DNA of 64,000 bases from an uncultured Patescibacteria group bacterium (GCA_905478415.1 CAJQIG010000002.1:186699-250698); one strand, 5' to 3'; shown: positions 27,181 to 36,623, counted from the first letter of the stretch. Translations and numbers: made by a program. Notes: a model not told the origin generated them from the sequence alone.

Positions 27181-27510
27181 TTACATCTCATGAACAGGAT
27201 AAACACTCACCGTACTACCATCGTTATCCATTATCACTGGATGATCTTTTAATAAAGACTGGGCTGCTTCTAGGCTCTCAGCTTGAACTATTCCATATCC
27301 TGTTACATCATCTTCTTGAAGCTTTGAACCATCAACAGAAGTCACATGTTGAGGCCCAACTGGATTTCCAAAATCAACTACAGCATCAACATGAGTTTCT
27401 TTCCACTTCATCCAAACACCCATAACTCCTTGTACTTCTTCTTCTGACATTGACGCAAATTTTTCCATTGCTTCTTTAGGTGAGTGATAAATTAGAAGAA
27501 ACTTTTTCAT
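27181..27510 (-). CDS. YciI-like / Dabb-fold small protein (putative)
   Basis: 109 aa with a C-terminal ...GIVQAESLEAAQSLLKDHPV... motif typical of YCII-related proteins. Confidence 0.35.
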   Translation of the reverse strand: MKKFLLIYHSPKEAMEKFASMSEEEVQGVMGVWMKWKETHVDAVVDFGNPVGPQHVTSVDGSKLQEDDVTGYGIVQAESLEAAQSLLKDHPVIMDNDGSTVSVYPVHEM

Positions 27511-27623
27511 AGCGTGATCCTTTACTACATGTTTTTATTCTTTATCTTAACATAATTTAGAACCTAATTTATTGGGGATAAGTTAACAAAAAAAGAACTA
27601 TAAATAGCTCTAATTCAAAACTG

Positions 27624-27694
27624 CAGGGCCAGAGGGAATCGAACCCCCGTCAAAGGTTTTGGAGACCTCTATTCTACCGCTGAACTATGGCCCT
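27624..27694 (-). tRNA. tRNA-Trp (anticodon CCA)
   Basis: 71 nt cloverleaf with acceptor AGGGCCA/TGGCCCT, anticodon loop CTCCAAA, T-arm GGGGGTTCGATTCCCTC and discriminator G. An extended -10 TGATACAAT lies upstream on the minus strand. Confidence 0.9.
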
Positions 27695-27807
27695 ACGTTG
27701 AGTTGTTAACGTTCAAATTGTATCATTAAGTGCTAGGTTTGCGGAGTAGAGGATTCGATTTTTTAGGCCTGTATCTTGAGAAATTTGCGGATGTTTGGTT
27801 AGCAACA

Positions 27808-27836
27808 CTTGACATAACATTAGTTATAGGATATAA
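27808..27836 (+). promoter_or_regulatory. Consensus promoter TTGACA-N17-TATAAT preceding a ~237 nt structured leader
   Basis: Exact hexamers with a 17 nt spacer. The leader contains hairpins including GTGAAACA...TGTTTCAC followed by a U-rich tract. Confidence 0.45.
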
Positions 27837-28079
27837 TGAAAAGTGTTGTGAGAGCGTACAGCAGACACTTCGTCTGCAACTACCTCGAGCAATACTGAAC
27901 CTTAACAGAATACTTACTTTTGTCTCCTTTAGACAGAAAGGACCGCGTATTTGTTGGAATCACCATAGGGTGAAACAGAGGTGTTACTCGAGAGAGTGGC
28001 GCTTGTGTTTCACTCTATTGTTTTGAGACCAGCGATTTTGTTGGTTTCCTTTTTGTTAATATTTTAAGGAGATAGAAAA

Positions 28080-28646
28080 ATGCAGGCATTCACTATTCAA
28101 ACAAATGGCGAAACAAAAAAAGGTATCCGCGTAGAACGTTTTGAAAAAACGGGAGCATATCAGATCAGCGTGCTGAAAGGCCGTCGTCCGGTTTTTGTCC
28201 CAATTTTCAAACGTAATCAGATTGTTGGAGAAGGACCTCTTGGTTACCAAATTTTGGAAGCCGGTATTTGGTCTGATTCTCAGACAGGTCGAGTAAAACT
28301 GCAAAATCCAAAAAATGATGCGTGGGAAGCCAGCCGAAACTTGGTTAGTTTGCGCGTGTATTTTGCCGAAGGAGCAGAGTTAGAAATTGCTCCGCCGGTT
28401 GATTCCGCAAGTTTGCCTCTGGCTGTGGCCTATGACCAGATGCGTAATGGCCGGCAGTATTGCGACCTAGTCGCGGTATTGAAGGCCGGCGAGAAGGTTC
28501 GTTTCATCGAGCACGCCCGTATGGGTGTCAAGGTCGTCAAGACCTTGTTGACCGATGAGAACGGAATCCCGCAACTGGTCGACGGGGATGTCCCCGAACC
28601 AGCGATGATGCAAGCCCTGGCCGAAGTCGCGGCTGCAACCAAGTAA
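28080..28646 (+). CDS. Hypothetical protein (3' half markedly GC-rich)
   Basis: Strong RBS AAGGAGATAG. 188 aa. Composition shifts to about 60% GC after ~28400. Confidence 0.5.
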   Translation: MQAFTIQTNGETKKGIRVERFEKTGAYQISVLKGRRPVFVPIFKRNQIVGEGPLGYQILEAGIWSDSQTGRVKLQNPKNDAWEASRNLVSLRVYFAEGAELEIAPPVDSASLPLAVAYDQMRNGRQYCDLVAVLKAGEKVRFIEHARMGVKVVKTLLTDENGIPQLVDGDVPEPAMMQALAEVAAATK

Positions 28647-28663
28647 GTATCTGAAAAAGGAAA

Positions 28664-28691
28664 GGCCCTAGTTTTACACTGGGGCCTTTTT
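28664..28691 (+). terminator. Rho-independent terminator
   Basis: AGGCCC-tagttttacact-GGGGCCT followed by TTTT. Confidence 0.5.
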
Positions 28692-28776
28692 GCGTCTCAA
28701 ACCCAATCGCCACCAATCTCAAGTATTTTGTTCAAAACTAGCGTATACTACAGTTGTATCAATCTATATCACTAGT

Positions 28777-29694
28777 ATGCCAAAACCATTAGAACAAGAC
28801 CAAGTAACCAAGTTCACAACTTTGTGGCAAGGTTTCCATATCAAGAAAAATGACTCAGCTCAGGCCGCCGACCAGGCAGCTGAAGCTCTTCATGCTCTCG
28901 ATACAGAAAACTTTACCAACACAGAAGTTGCTACTGCGCATGGAGAACTTTCCAGAATAACTGCGGTCTTAGCTCTGAGTGCAGTCAAAAAAGCTAAAAA
29001 TTGGGAGGAAGCTCGTCAATATTTGCTTCTTTCCCTCGAGACAGTGCAGACAAGCTATCCAGTAGCAAAAACCTATGATCAAGCTAAAATCAGGGGAGAG
29101 TACTGGAATCCGGTGTATGGTGAAAGCTGGGCCCAGTTGAGTGCGCTCATGGATGTTCTCGAGTTGGCAAAAGTACTCGTGGTGCTGTACCCCGAAGCCG
29201 AATCGTTTGCTTATTTTAGAGCGGTTCATGAGGCTTTGTTCACAATCATTGCTGATACAGAGAAAAACCGGGAAATACTGGTTTTGATGATCAAACACGG
29301 TGAGTTTGAGTTGGCTCAAGAGGCATACCAAGAGTACCAGAGCTTGTATGGGCCAGAGTCTAAAGCTTTTAGCCCAGACCAGTGGATTACGTTAACCACC
29401 TTGATGATTGGGCAGTTCTTTGGTCACTCTCAAGTTGCAGAGGCCAGAAAGCTTTCTGGAGAACTTGGGAAGGTCTTGATACACCAGAAGGGAATGTCTT
29501 TTTTTGGGATCAGGGAGTTTTTTAAGAATATGTCACCCTCCAGAGGACAAAGACAGCTGGATTCAAAGTTGATTGGTTGGTACTCGGAAGGTGTCAAAAC
29601 TGATCCCGACGTCAGAAAACAAGTAGAAGCGCTTTTCGACCATGTCTTTGTTGGTGTGGGCGAAGAGGTTCAGTATCTCAATACTAAAGAATAA
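28777..29694 (+). CDS. Hypothetical alpha-helical protein
   Basis: Internal Met at 28777 (MPKPLEQDQV). The ORF opens at 28690. Confidence 0.45.
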   Translation: MPKPLEQDQVTKFTTLWQGFHIKKNDSAQAADQAAEALHALDTENFTNTEVATAHGELSRITAVLALSAVKKAKNWEEARQYLLLSLETVQTSYPVAKTYDQAKIRGEYWNPVYGESWAQLSALMDVLELAKVLVVLYPEAESFAYFRAVHEALFTIIADTEKNREILVLMIKHGEFELAQEAYQEYQSLYGPESKAFSPDQWITLTTLMIGQFFGHSQVAEARKLSGELGKVLIHQKGMSFFGIREFFKNMSPSRGQRQLDSKLIGWYSEGVKTDPDVRKQVEALFDHVFVGVGEEVQYLNTKE

Positions 29695-29916
29695 GCGAGT
29701 CTTCGTTTTTGTTTCGGTTTTTCAATAAAAGTGATTATTATATCAATTTGAAACCATAAAATACTCAAAATAATTAAAAAACATTTATAAATCAATATAT
29801 TATATTTTTCATAAAAACTGAAAAAGAGTGCTTTATTAATAAAAAAGTTACGTTATCTAACTTCGGAACATCACAATAACAGTGAAAAAAATTGGTTTTT
29901 ATTTGGGTACAAACGA

Positions 29917-30579
29917 CTATTCGTCGAATCCAAGGTTCTTCTGTTCAGCTGCAACAGTAGTTGTTTCTCCGTGCCCAGACAGCAGTTGAGTGTTTCCAGG
30001 GTACTCGAGAAGTTTTTTGAGTGAACGCTCCAGATCAAGGGTGTTTGAGTATGAAAAATCAGTTCGACCGACCCCGTTTTTAAAGATGGTGTCACCACAA
30101 AAAATATGGACATCATCTGGTGCAACCGTGGAGACAAAACTGACACTACCAGGAGTGTGACCTGGTGTTTCGATGGTCGTCAGGGAACAGTTGCCAAAGG
30201 AAAAGGTACTACCTGCCCTGAGGAAGTTGGTTGGTTGGGGCACGGGGTCCGCCTGACGATGTAACCAGTGTTCAGCGCTGTCTTTTGCCCCCTTTATGAG
30301 AAAGAGGTCAGCTTGGTGTAAGAAAATAGGGATATCATCAAAGTTAAGTTTCACTTCTAAGAGGCCGAGGACATGGTCGAAGTGACCATGGGTGAGGAGT
30401 ATGGCGGTGGGTTGAAGTCCAAGACGCAGGATTTCTTCCGAGATGGTATCACCTGCATCAGCGGGGTCGATAATCACTGCCTCGAGTGTGTCTGGGCACC
30501 AGGCTAGGTAGCAATTGGTATCGAGTGCACCAAGGGTGAGAGTAGTTACGGTGGGGTGTTTGAACTTCATGCGGTACAA
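29917..30579 (-). CDS. MBL-fold metallo-hydrolase (glyoxalase II-like)
   Basis: HGHFDHV (HxHxDH) zinc-binding motif. Confidence 0.8.
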   Translation of the reverse strand: MYRMKFKHPTVTTLTLGALDTNCYLAWCPDTLEAVIIDPADAGDTISEEILRLGLQPTAILLTHGHFDHVLGLLEVKLNFDDIPIFLHQADLFLIKGAKDSAEHWLHRQADPVPQPTNFLRAGSTFSFGNCSLTTIETPGHTPGSVSFVSTVAPDDVHIFCGDTIFKNGVGRTDFSYSNTLDLERSLKKLLEYPGNTQLLSGHGETTTVAAEQKNLGFDE

Positions 30580-30586
30580 TGCAGAT

Positions 30587-31219
30587 ATGACTATTTACTT
30601 CGATATTGATTCTACCTTATTTACGACCAATCTGTTCAAGAAAACAAAAATCGATCCACAACTCGAAGAGTTACTGGGCGTGAGTTTAGAAACATTGCAG
30701 GAGTCTGAAAAAGCATACTTCACTGGACTGGAAAAGGGCACAGACTTCGATTTTCACAATTACTGTGCTTTTATAGCCGAAAAATTCAATGATGTCGGAG
30801 GCAGTGCCTCGAAAGAGCAACTTGAAAAACTTTTCGAGGACCAGGCTTTATATGAGGGGATGGTCTATCCAGACGTATTTCCAACACTCCAACTTCTACA
30901 AGATCGAGGAGATTCGATTGGTATTTTTTCTGAAGGACATACCGATTTTCAAACAAATAAAATTACTTTTACTGGGGTGATGACCTTTGCTGATCCCACA
31001 AAAGTCCATATTGCTCGAAGAAAATTGGAGCCGGAAGTGCTTTCAAAGTTAGAAGCAGGGGCGATTGTGATTGATGACAAAATTGAGTATCTTGAGAATC
31101 TACCAGAAACACTCACTCCAGTTTGGATTAATCGAACCTCAGAAGAAAAACATTCGACTATTGCTACAATTAAATCACTTGAGGAGATTACTCAGTTTTT
31201 ACTTAATAAAAAGGATTAA
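30587..31219 (+). CDS. HAD-superfamily hydrolase
   Basis: Motif I FDIDSTLF at the N-terminus when started at the Met at 30587. The ORF opens at 30515, overlapping the MBL gene. Confidence 0.65.
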   Translation: MTIYFDIDSTLFTTNLFKKTKIDPQLEELLGVSLETLQESEKAYFTGLEKGTDFDFHNYCAFIAEKFNDVGGSASKEQLEKLFEDQALYEGMVYPDVFPTLQLLQDRGDSIGIFSEGHTDFQTNKITFTGVMTFADPTKVHIARRKLEPEVLSKLEAGAIVIDDKIEYLENLPETLTPVWINRTSEEKHSTIATIKSLEEITQFLLNKKD

Positions 31220-31220
31220 G

Positions 31221-31718
31221 ATGTCAATATTTGAGAGAAGACAAGGAATTGATCAAGGAAAGAAGTTTGAGCTTCCTTCTTTGAGACCTGGATTGCAAGC
31301 TTTACTAGTACCTTCACTTGAAGCAGAAAAGTTTGGATTAAAAAACCCAAATCTTGAAATCCAACAGCTTATACAGACAGTAAGTGAGTTACTTATAGAA
31401 AAAAACTCTGAATTACAGACTACCGTTGCTTTGGGTGGGGTAGATGGTGGATTTGTGGGACTGCTCATTGTGGTTAGAAACCAGGATGATACACCACCAG
31501 TTGAAAATGTTGGCAATACACAACGAATAGAAACAGTTTTAATTGAGTCAAAGCTGGCGAAAGCCTGGGGTTCTCGAGATATTTTGGGTGAATTGACTGA
31601 AGCGCTAGACACAAAGCTTCAGACCTTACCAGAAAGCACCGAGCTTATCTCAATAAATGCAGTACCCTCTCCATCAGGAAGAACAATTGGTTTAGTGTTA
31701 GTGATAAAAAATTCTTAG
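31221..31718 (+). CDS. Hypothetical protein
   Basis: The Met at 31221 (MSIFERRQG) sits right after the HAD stop. The longer ORF from 31071 overlaps the HAD gene. Confidence 0.4.
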   Translation: MSIFERRQGIDQGKKFELPSLRPGLQALLVPSLEAEKFGLKNPNLEIQQLIQTVSELLIEKNSELQTTVALGGVDGGFVGLLIVVRNQDDTPPVENVGNTQRIETVLIESKLAKAWGSRDILGELTEALDTKLQTLPESTELISINAVPSPSGRTIGLVLVIKNS

Positions 31719-32371
31719 CCAACCAGAATTGAAACGATCATCGAAATAATCGGACTAATCAGCGTAGCTACTGCTGAGGTTCCATTCCAAGGCACTATCA
31801 ACATCAAAAGCACAACTGAACCATATCGATGCATAAACGACTCATATGCTAACGCATTTTCTGGAGGCAATATCGACTCGAGGATTTTTGATCCATCGAG
31901 CGGATAGACTGGTACTAAGTTGAAAATTGCGAGCATGACGTTGATATATAAAATAAAGTACAAAGCGGGAGCAAGGAGTGTGCTAAAAAAGACTCCAGCA
32001 GGTAAAAAATTGAGCACCAGCGCGAGTAGTACGGCAAGTATGAGGTTGCTAGCAGGGCCTGCGAGTGCAATTAAGGCAGTGTCACGTTTAGGATCTTTTA
32101 AGTTAAAGGGATCGAACTGGACGGGTTTTCCCCAGCCAAAGCCGATTAGTAGAATTGCGAGTGTTCCCATGGGATCAAGATGAGCGAGTGGATTAAGAGT
32201 GACTCTGCCCTGATAGGTAGGGGTAGGATCACCAAGCTTATCTGCTACGAATGCATGGGCAAACTCGTGAATTGTGAGGGCAACAACCAGGCCAATAGCA
32301 CTGATAAAGAAGAGTAGGGGGTTAGTGAAGAGGGTTGCAAGCATCATACGTTTGGCCATTATAGCAGTCAA
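31715..32371 (-). CDS. M50-family site-2 protease-like metallopeptidase
   Basis: HEFAHAFVA (HExxH) in a TM helix, second zinc ligand LDG region, polytopic membrane protein. Confidence 0.75.
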   Translation of the reverse strand: MTAIMAKRMMLATLFTNPLLFFISAIGLVVALTIHEFAHAFVADKLGDPTPTYQGRVTLNPLAHLDPMGTLAILLIGFGWGKPVQFDPFNLKDPKRDTALIALAGPASNLILAVLLALVLNFLPAGVFFSTLLAPALYFILYINVMLAIFNLVPVYPLDGSKILESILPPENALAYESFMHRYGSVVLLMLIVPWNGTSAVATLISPIISMIVSILVG

Positions 32372-32476
32372 TGATTTTGACTGCTAGACACAATCCTCTC
32401 GAGAGGTTTCGTTTGATGTTTCTTTCTTATTTTCCCGTTTGGAAAAATTCTGCCTTGATGATATAATCACAGTCTT

Positions 32477-32695
32477 ATGTCAAGCTTTACATTCAAGTTC
32501 CCAGTAACTGCTCATATCGGTAATAAGGTTTCTCACGCTAAAAATAGAAGCAAGAGAAAATTTAAGTACAACCTTCACACAGTGACAATGATAGTTGATG
32601 GACAAAAGCAGCGTCTTCGAGTACCTACCAAGGTGCTGAGAATGCTCAAGAAGTCCGGAATGACTACGCACTGGAAGAAACCTGTAAAAGAATAA
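32477..32695 (+). CDS. rpmB: 50S ribosomal protein L28
   Basis: 72 aa basic protein. HIGNKVSHAKNRSKRKFKYNLH resembles the L28 core. Confidence 0.75.
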   Translation: MSSFTFKFPVTAHIGNKVSHAKNRSKRKFKYNLHTVTMIVDGQKQRLRVPTKVLRMLKKSGMTTHWKKPVKE

Positions 32696-32786
32696 ATTTT
32701 TACAGTTTCTGTAGTGCATTTGCAGTTATAAATAAAATCTAAAAATACCTGAGAAATTCTCAGGTTTTTTGGGACCTTTTTTTCTT

Positions 32787-33752
32787 TTAGTTAAGCAGGG
32801 TGTTTTTTATTTGGTTGAACAGAGCTGGAGTTTTACCTTCAAGCTGCACAGTTTCAAGTGTTAGAGATTCATTTGCAGTAGTTGTTTTTGGAGTTACCAC
32901 AGCGGAGATAATCTTCATCCGTTTTTCTCCCTGCTTAGTTTCAACTTTGGTCCAAAGATTAGGCCAAGGTGAGAAAGCTTTAGTGGCGGCAACAAGGAGG
33001 GCTGGAAGAGAAGTGTGTGCAGTTCGAGCCGCTTCGAGTAACGGAGGGAGCGTTATAAAACTTGGTTCTACTCCTTTTCGAGCCAGTGCGATCACATTCC
33101 AAGGTACAAAGGCATCATCTTTAGTAAGTTTTCTAGCAGTTGGTGTTGGTGATGAGACAGGTTGTGGTTGGCTTTTTTTGTTTGAAATATATGTTTTGAG
33201 TATATTAGGGAGTTCTGGAGCAAGCAGCTCAAAACTATGCTGGTAATACTGTTCGGCGGTCCATGCAGTATCAACGTTAAAAGGGAGTGCGGCTACGATA
33301 GGACCTTGGTCTAGCTGTGCATTCATCTCGATCAGCGTAATAGCTGATTTTTTTTCTCCATACAAGAGCGCAAACTGACCAGGAGAACTACCTCTCCATT
33401 TTGGCAGTTCGGACGGGTGAATATTGAGTGGAGCAATTTGGGGAAGTGCCAGAAGCCAGCTCGGGACAAGGTAGCCAAAGTCTACAACAAGGAGGATGTC
33501 TACCTGTGGTTGTTGTGTTATCTCTTGTCTTGTTACAGAGGTGATCTTATTTTTGATAAGTAGAGTTGGGATAGATTGTTCAGTTGCAAAACTATGCAGG
33601 GGGTTAGGGGTGATAACCTTTTTTCTTCCAAGAGGTTTTGGTTCTGGCGTTACAATCCAGGTTATTTCAAAATCTTCTGCTTGACTGAGAGCTTCGGCAC
33701 AGAGGCGGGTTCGTTGAGTTGTGCCAGCAATGGCAATTGAGATTTTTGGCAT
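32787..33752 (-). CDS. fmt: Methionyl-tRNA formyltransferase
   Basis: Formyltransferase motif HPSELPKWRGSSP, 321 aa, adjacent to def. Confidence 0.85.
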   Translation of the reverse strand: MPKISIAIAGTTQRTRLCAEALSQAEDFEITWIVTPEPKPLGRKKVITPNPLHSFATEQSIPTLLIKNKITSVTRQEITQQPQVDILLVVDFGYLVPSWLLALPQIAPLNIHPSELPKWRGSSPGQFALLYGEKKSAITLIEMNAQLDQGPIVAALPFNVDTAWTAEQYYQHSFELLAPELPNILKTYISNKKSQPQPVSSPTPTARKLTKDDAFVPWNVIALARKGVEPSFITLPPLLEAARTAHTSLPALLVAATKAFSPWPNLWTKVETKQGEKRMKIISAVVTPKTTTANESLTLETVQLEGKTPALFNQIKNTLLN

Positions 33753-33756
33753 TACT

Positions 33757-34323
33757 TTATATCATCTCGAAGAGAGCAGGATCAACTTCTTCGAGTTTTT
33801 TAGTTATTTTAGTTTCTTTGTAGATGGGAAGTCCGTGTTTGATGGCATGATCGGTAAAGAGAATACCGTGCAGATGATCAAGTTCATGTTGCATGACTCG
33901 GGAAGCGAAATCTCTGAAAGTAGTTTCCTGATCAATCAACTCATTCCCTTTTACTTGTTGAAAGCGAAATGTGGTCCATGAGTGCCGAGGAACAGGACCA
34001 TAGATTCCAGGCATAGAGAGACAGCCTTCTAAACTAGTTTCGTCCTCGGTTGGTCCTAAAATAAGTTCGTCTGAAGCATCTACGATTGTAGGATTAATAA
34101 AAATGCGTTGCGTATTCTTTCCTTGCTCGTCCTCAAGTAGGGTAGTGAAAAGAGACCAGTTTTTATCTACCTGTGGTGCAGCTAATCCAACTCCTTGAGG
34201 ATTTTTTTTGTTTGCTAGCGTTTTTTCGAGATCGCTAATAAATCGAAGTAGTTTTTTATCTACATGGGTGACGGGCTCAGCTTCTTGTCGAAGGGCGCTG
34301 TGGGGGATAGTTACTATTTTCAT
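33757..34323 (-). CDS. def: Peptide deformylase
   Basis: Motifs GVGLAAPQV, EGCLS and HELDHL. The start is taken at the internal Met (MKIVTIPHS). The ORF opens at 34437. Confidence 0.85.
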   Translation of the reverse strand: MKIVTIPHSALRQEAEPVTHVDKKLLRFISDLEKTLANKKNPQGVGLAAPQVDKNWSLFTTLLEDEQGKNTQRIFINPTIVDASDELILGPTEDETSLEGCLSMPGIYGPVPRHSWTTFRFQQVKGNELIDQETTFRDFASRVMQHELDHLHGILFTDHAIKHGLPIYKETKITKKLEEVDPALFEMI

Positions 34324-34399
34324 ATATTTTTTGAGGCTGTAAGCTTTGGAGGGTATTGTCTCCCATCTTGATGGTATTTTCAAGCTTGGCCTCTTGTAG

Positions 34400-36508
34400 T
34401 TACTGTTCGGCTGCCGCGAGTTGTTCGAGTTTTTCAAGAGCGGTCTGGTTTTGAGGGTCTATATTTTTGAGAATATACTTAAATTGCTCTCTGGCTTTTT
34501 CTAGTTCGGCACTGTTGATGTAGGCCTCTCCAAGCTGAATTCTGGCAGCGAGGTAGTTCGGCTTGAGTGTAATAGTTTCCTCGAGTAGTGTGCGTCCTTC
34601 ATCCGTGTTGCCCATAGTTGTTTCAACTACTGCCAAGTTGTAAAAAAGTTTGGGATCGTTCGGTGCACGCTCGATGCCAGCTAAGAGTGTGTTTTTTGCC
34701 TCTAGCAACAATTGGGGTTCGAGTTGAGCGAGTGTGATGAACATTCGAGCACGAGTTTTATAGAAATTGAGATGTACTGGGTTAAGGTTGAGGGCGGTGT
34801 CACTCATGGTGATAGCAGTCTGGGCAACCCGAGCTGCCGTAGTAGCTTCATTTTGTTCGGCCAAAGCCACGGCCAATCGAGAGAGCTCGCCAGAGAATGT
34901 ATCGTAAAAGAGCGCTTCATTGGGAGATTTTTGTAGAGCTTCTTCCATTTCAGCAACTCCTGTTTGATAGTTTCCCGATTTGAGTAAGGTTTTTGCTGTT
35001 GAGTAATGCACATCCGCACTCCAGTAGGTATACACTTTTGTGAGCAGGAAGAGGGTGGCTATAGCAGTGATTGTTAAGAAGGTGTATTGACTTCCAATTA
35101 GTTCACTGGTTGTTGCTTTAGTACCTTTTTCTTTTGGCATGAGGATGACTGCACAGGCTCCAAAAAAGACAAACATAGTGAGAGAAACAGCAACAGTTGA
35201 AAAGCCGAAGAAGTTAGAAATACTCAGAGCTCCAACTCCTGTTCCCAGCGCGAGCAGCACTAGTTTTTGTTTTTCAGAGACTTTCGTAGTACCCAGCACT
35301 GTTTTTGCAATGAAGTAAAAAACAGTTCCCAACAAGAAGAGGTAACTACCCAAGCCCGCTATCCCCGATGTAGACAAATAATTCAAAAATTCGTTGTGGG
35401 CTTTGTTGTAGAGAAAATCCCATTCGGAAACAAGGTTATGCTCCTGAGGTCGATCTTTGTAATAACTATACGCAAATGTTTCGACACCTGAACCTAAAAT
35501 AGGGTATCGTTTCCAGATAGCAAGCGCTCCTTGCCAGACAATTTTTCTAATCTCACCTGAATCTGTACCACCAACTTCTAATCTATCTGTTGCCGGTGCA
35601 GTTGTTTCCACGGGTGCTGTGACAGCTGGTTGGAGGAGCTGACTGAGTGAGGGAGTATAAATAGTACCGGTTATTAAGGTGGTTATCCCAATAAAAACAG
35701 TAGTAATTACTATGGGGGACCATTTTTTTAGATCTTCTTCAGACTTTTTGAGTATACTGACAATGGTGTATCCATACATAATCAGCAGTTCGGCAACAAA
35801 TGCTATAAAGCCAGATCGAGATCGGGTGAAGGAAAGCGCTGCTATTGCTAGAACAAGCGTGGTTCGATAGAGAATTTTTTCTAGCAATACTTTTTTATGC
35901 GAAAAACTTTGGATGAGTACCAAGGGAAGCACGAGCACAATAAATGCAGCCATCCAGTTTGGTTGCCCAAACGAGGCATAGACGCGGTTTTGGACATCTT
36001 GAACCCAACAGGCAGTGTTGAATTCCCCAGTCAGGATTGAGCAGCTCAGCGAGTGTCCAAAGTGCTCAAAAATGCCCCAAATTGAGACCAGACTCAAGCT
36101 AGTAAATAAGGCCCCAAAGAGTGGTAAAATTTGTTTTTTTGTAATGTTTGAGACAAAGGCGTAGTACAGTAGTGTATAGCTGAGTGTTGACATGAATCCG
36201 CCATGAAATCGGGAGTAGTAACCCAAAAACGAAGTTCTAGGATGCATCGAAAGGAGTGATGCTAAAAGCTGAATTGTGACAAATAAGAGTAGAGGAAAGT
36301 CAAGAAAAGTGCGTTTAAAAACCCACCTTTTTTCGACAATCATCCGGGCAATCCAGGTTCCAGTAATAAGGACTGTGCCAGCATATACCAGAATCATTTT
36401 ATTGAATTCGAAAAGTTCTGTGGTGATAAATCTAAAGTAGAGAGGAGTTGCCAGAAGTAAAAAGTAAAAGAGGACAAGAATGCTGTTTTGAAATGTTTGG
36501 GGTTTCAT
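34400..36508 (-). CDS. O-antigen ligase (Wzy_C)-like polytopic membrane protein fused to C-terminal TPR repeats
   Basis: About 12 TM helices with a Wzy_C-like loop, and a C-terminal ~250 aa with TPR-like repeats. Confidence 0.65.
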   Translation of the reverse strand: MKPQTFQNSILVLFYFLLLATPLYFRFITTELFEFNKMILVYAGTVLITGTWIARMIVEKRWVFKRTFLDFPLLLFVTIQLLASLLSMHPRTSFLGYYSRFHGGFMSTLSYTLLYYAFVSNITKKQILPLFGALFTSLSLVSIWGIFEHFGHSLSCSILTGEFNTACWVQDVQNRVYASFGQPNWMAAFIVLVLPLVLIQSFSHKKVLLEKILYRTTLVLAIAALSFTRSRSGFIAFVAELLIMYGYTIVSILKKSEEDLKKWSPIVITTVFIGITTLITGTIYTPSLSQLLQPAVTAPVETTAPATDRLEVGGTDSGEIRKIVWQGALAIWKRYPILGSGVETFAYSYYKDRPQEHNLVSEWDFLYNKAHNEFLNYLSTSGIAGLGSYLFLLGTVFYFIAKTVLGTTKVSEKQKLVLLALGTGVGALSISNFFGFSTVAVSLTMFVFFGACAVILMPKEKGTKATTSELIGSQYTFLTITAIATLFLLTKVYTYWSADVHYSTAKTLLKSGNYQTGVAEMEEALQKSPNEALFYDTFSGELSRLAVALAEQNEATTAARVAQTAITMSDTALNLNPVHLNFYKTRARMFITLAQLEPQLLLEAKNTLLAGIERAPNDPKLFYNLAVVETTMGNTDEGRTLLEETITLKPNYLAARIQLGEAYINSAELEKAREQFKYILKNIDPQNQTALEKLEQLAAAEQ

Positions 36509-36623
36509 AGCTAGCAGTATACAAGACTCTGTTCAAAATAACACTTAGTTTTCACCTTGTATTCCAAAATAAAACTCTGTACTATTAGTAGTACATAAGT
36601 AATATAGTTTATAGCCTGCCGCC

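Noticed and set aside
31071-31220. Upstream extension of the ORF at 31071-31718
   Set aside because: The extension overlaps the HAD hydrolase gene in another frame. The Met at 31221 follows the HAD stop directly and is the more plausible start.
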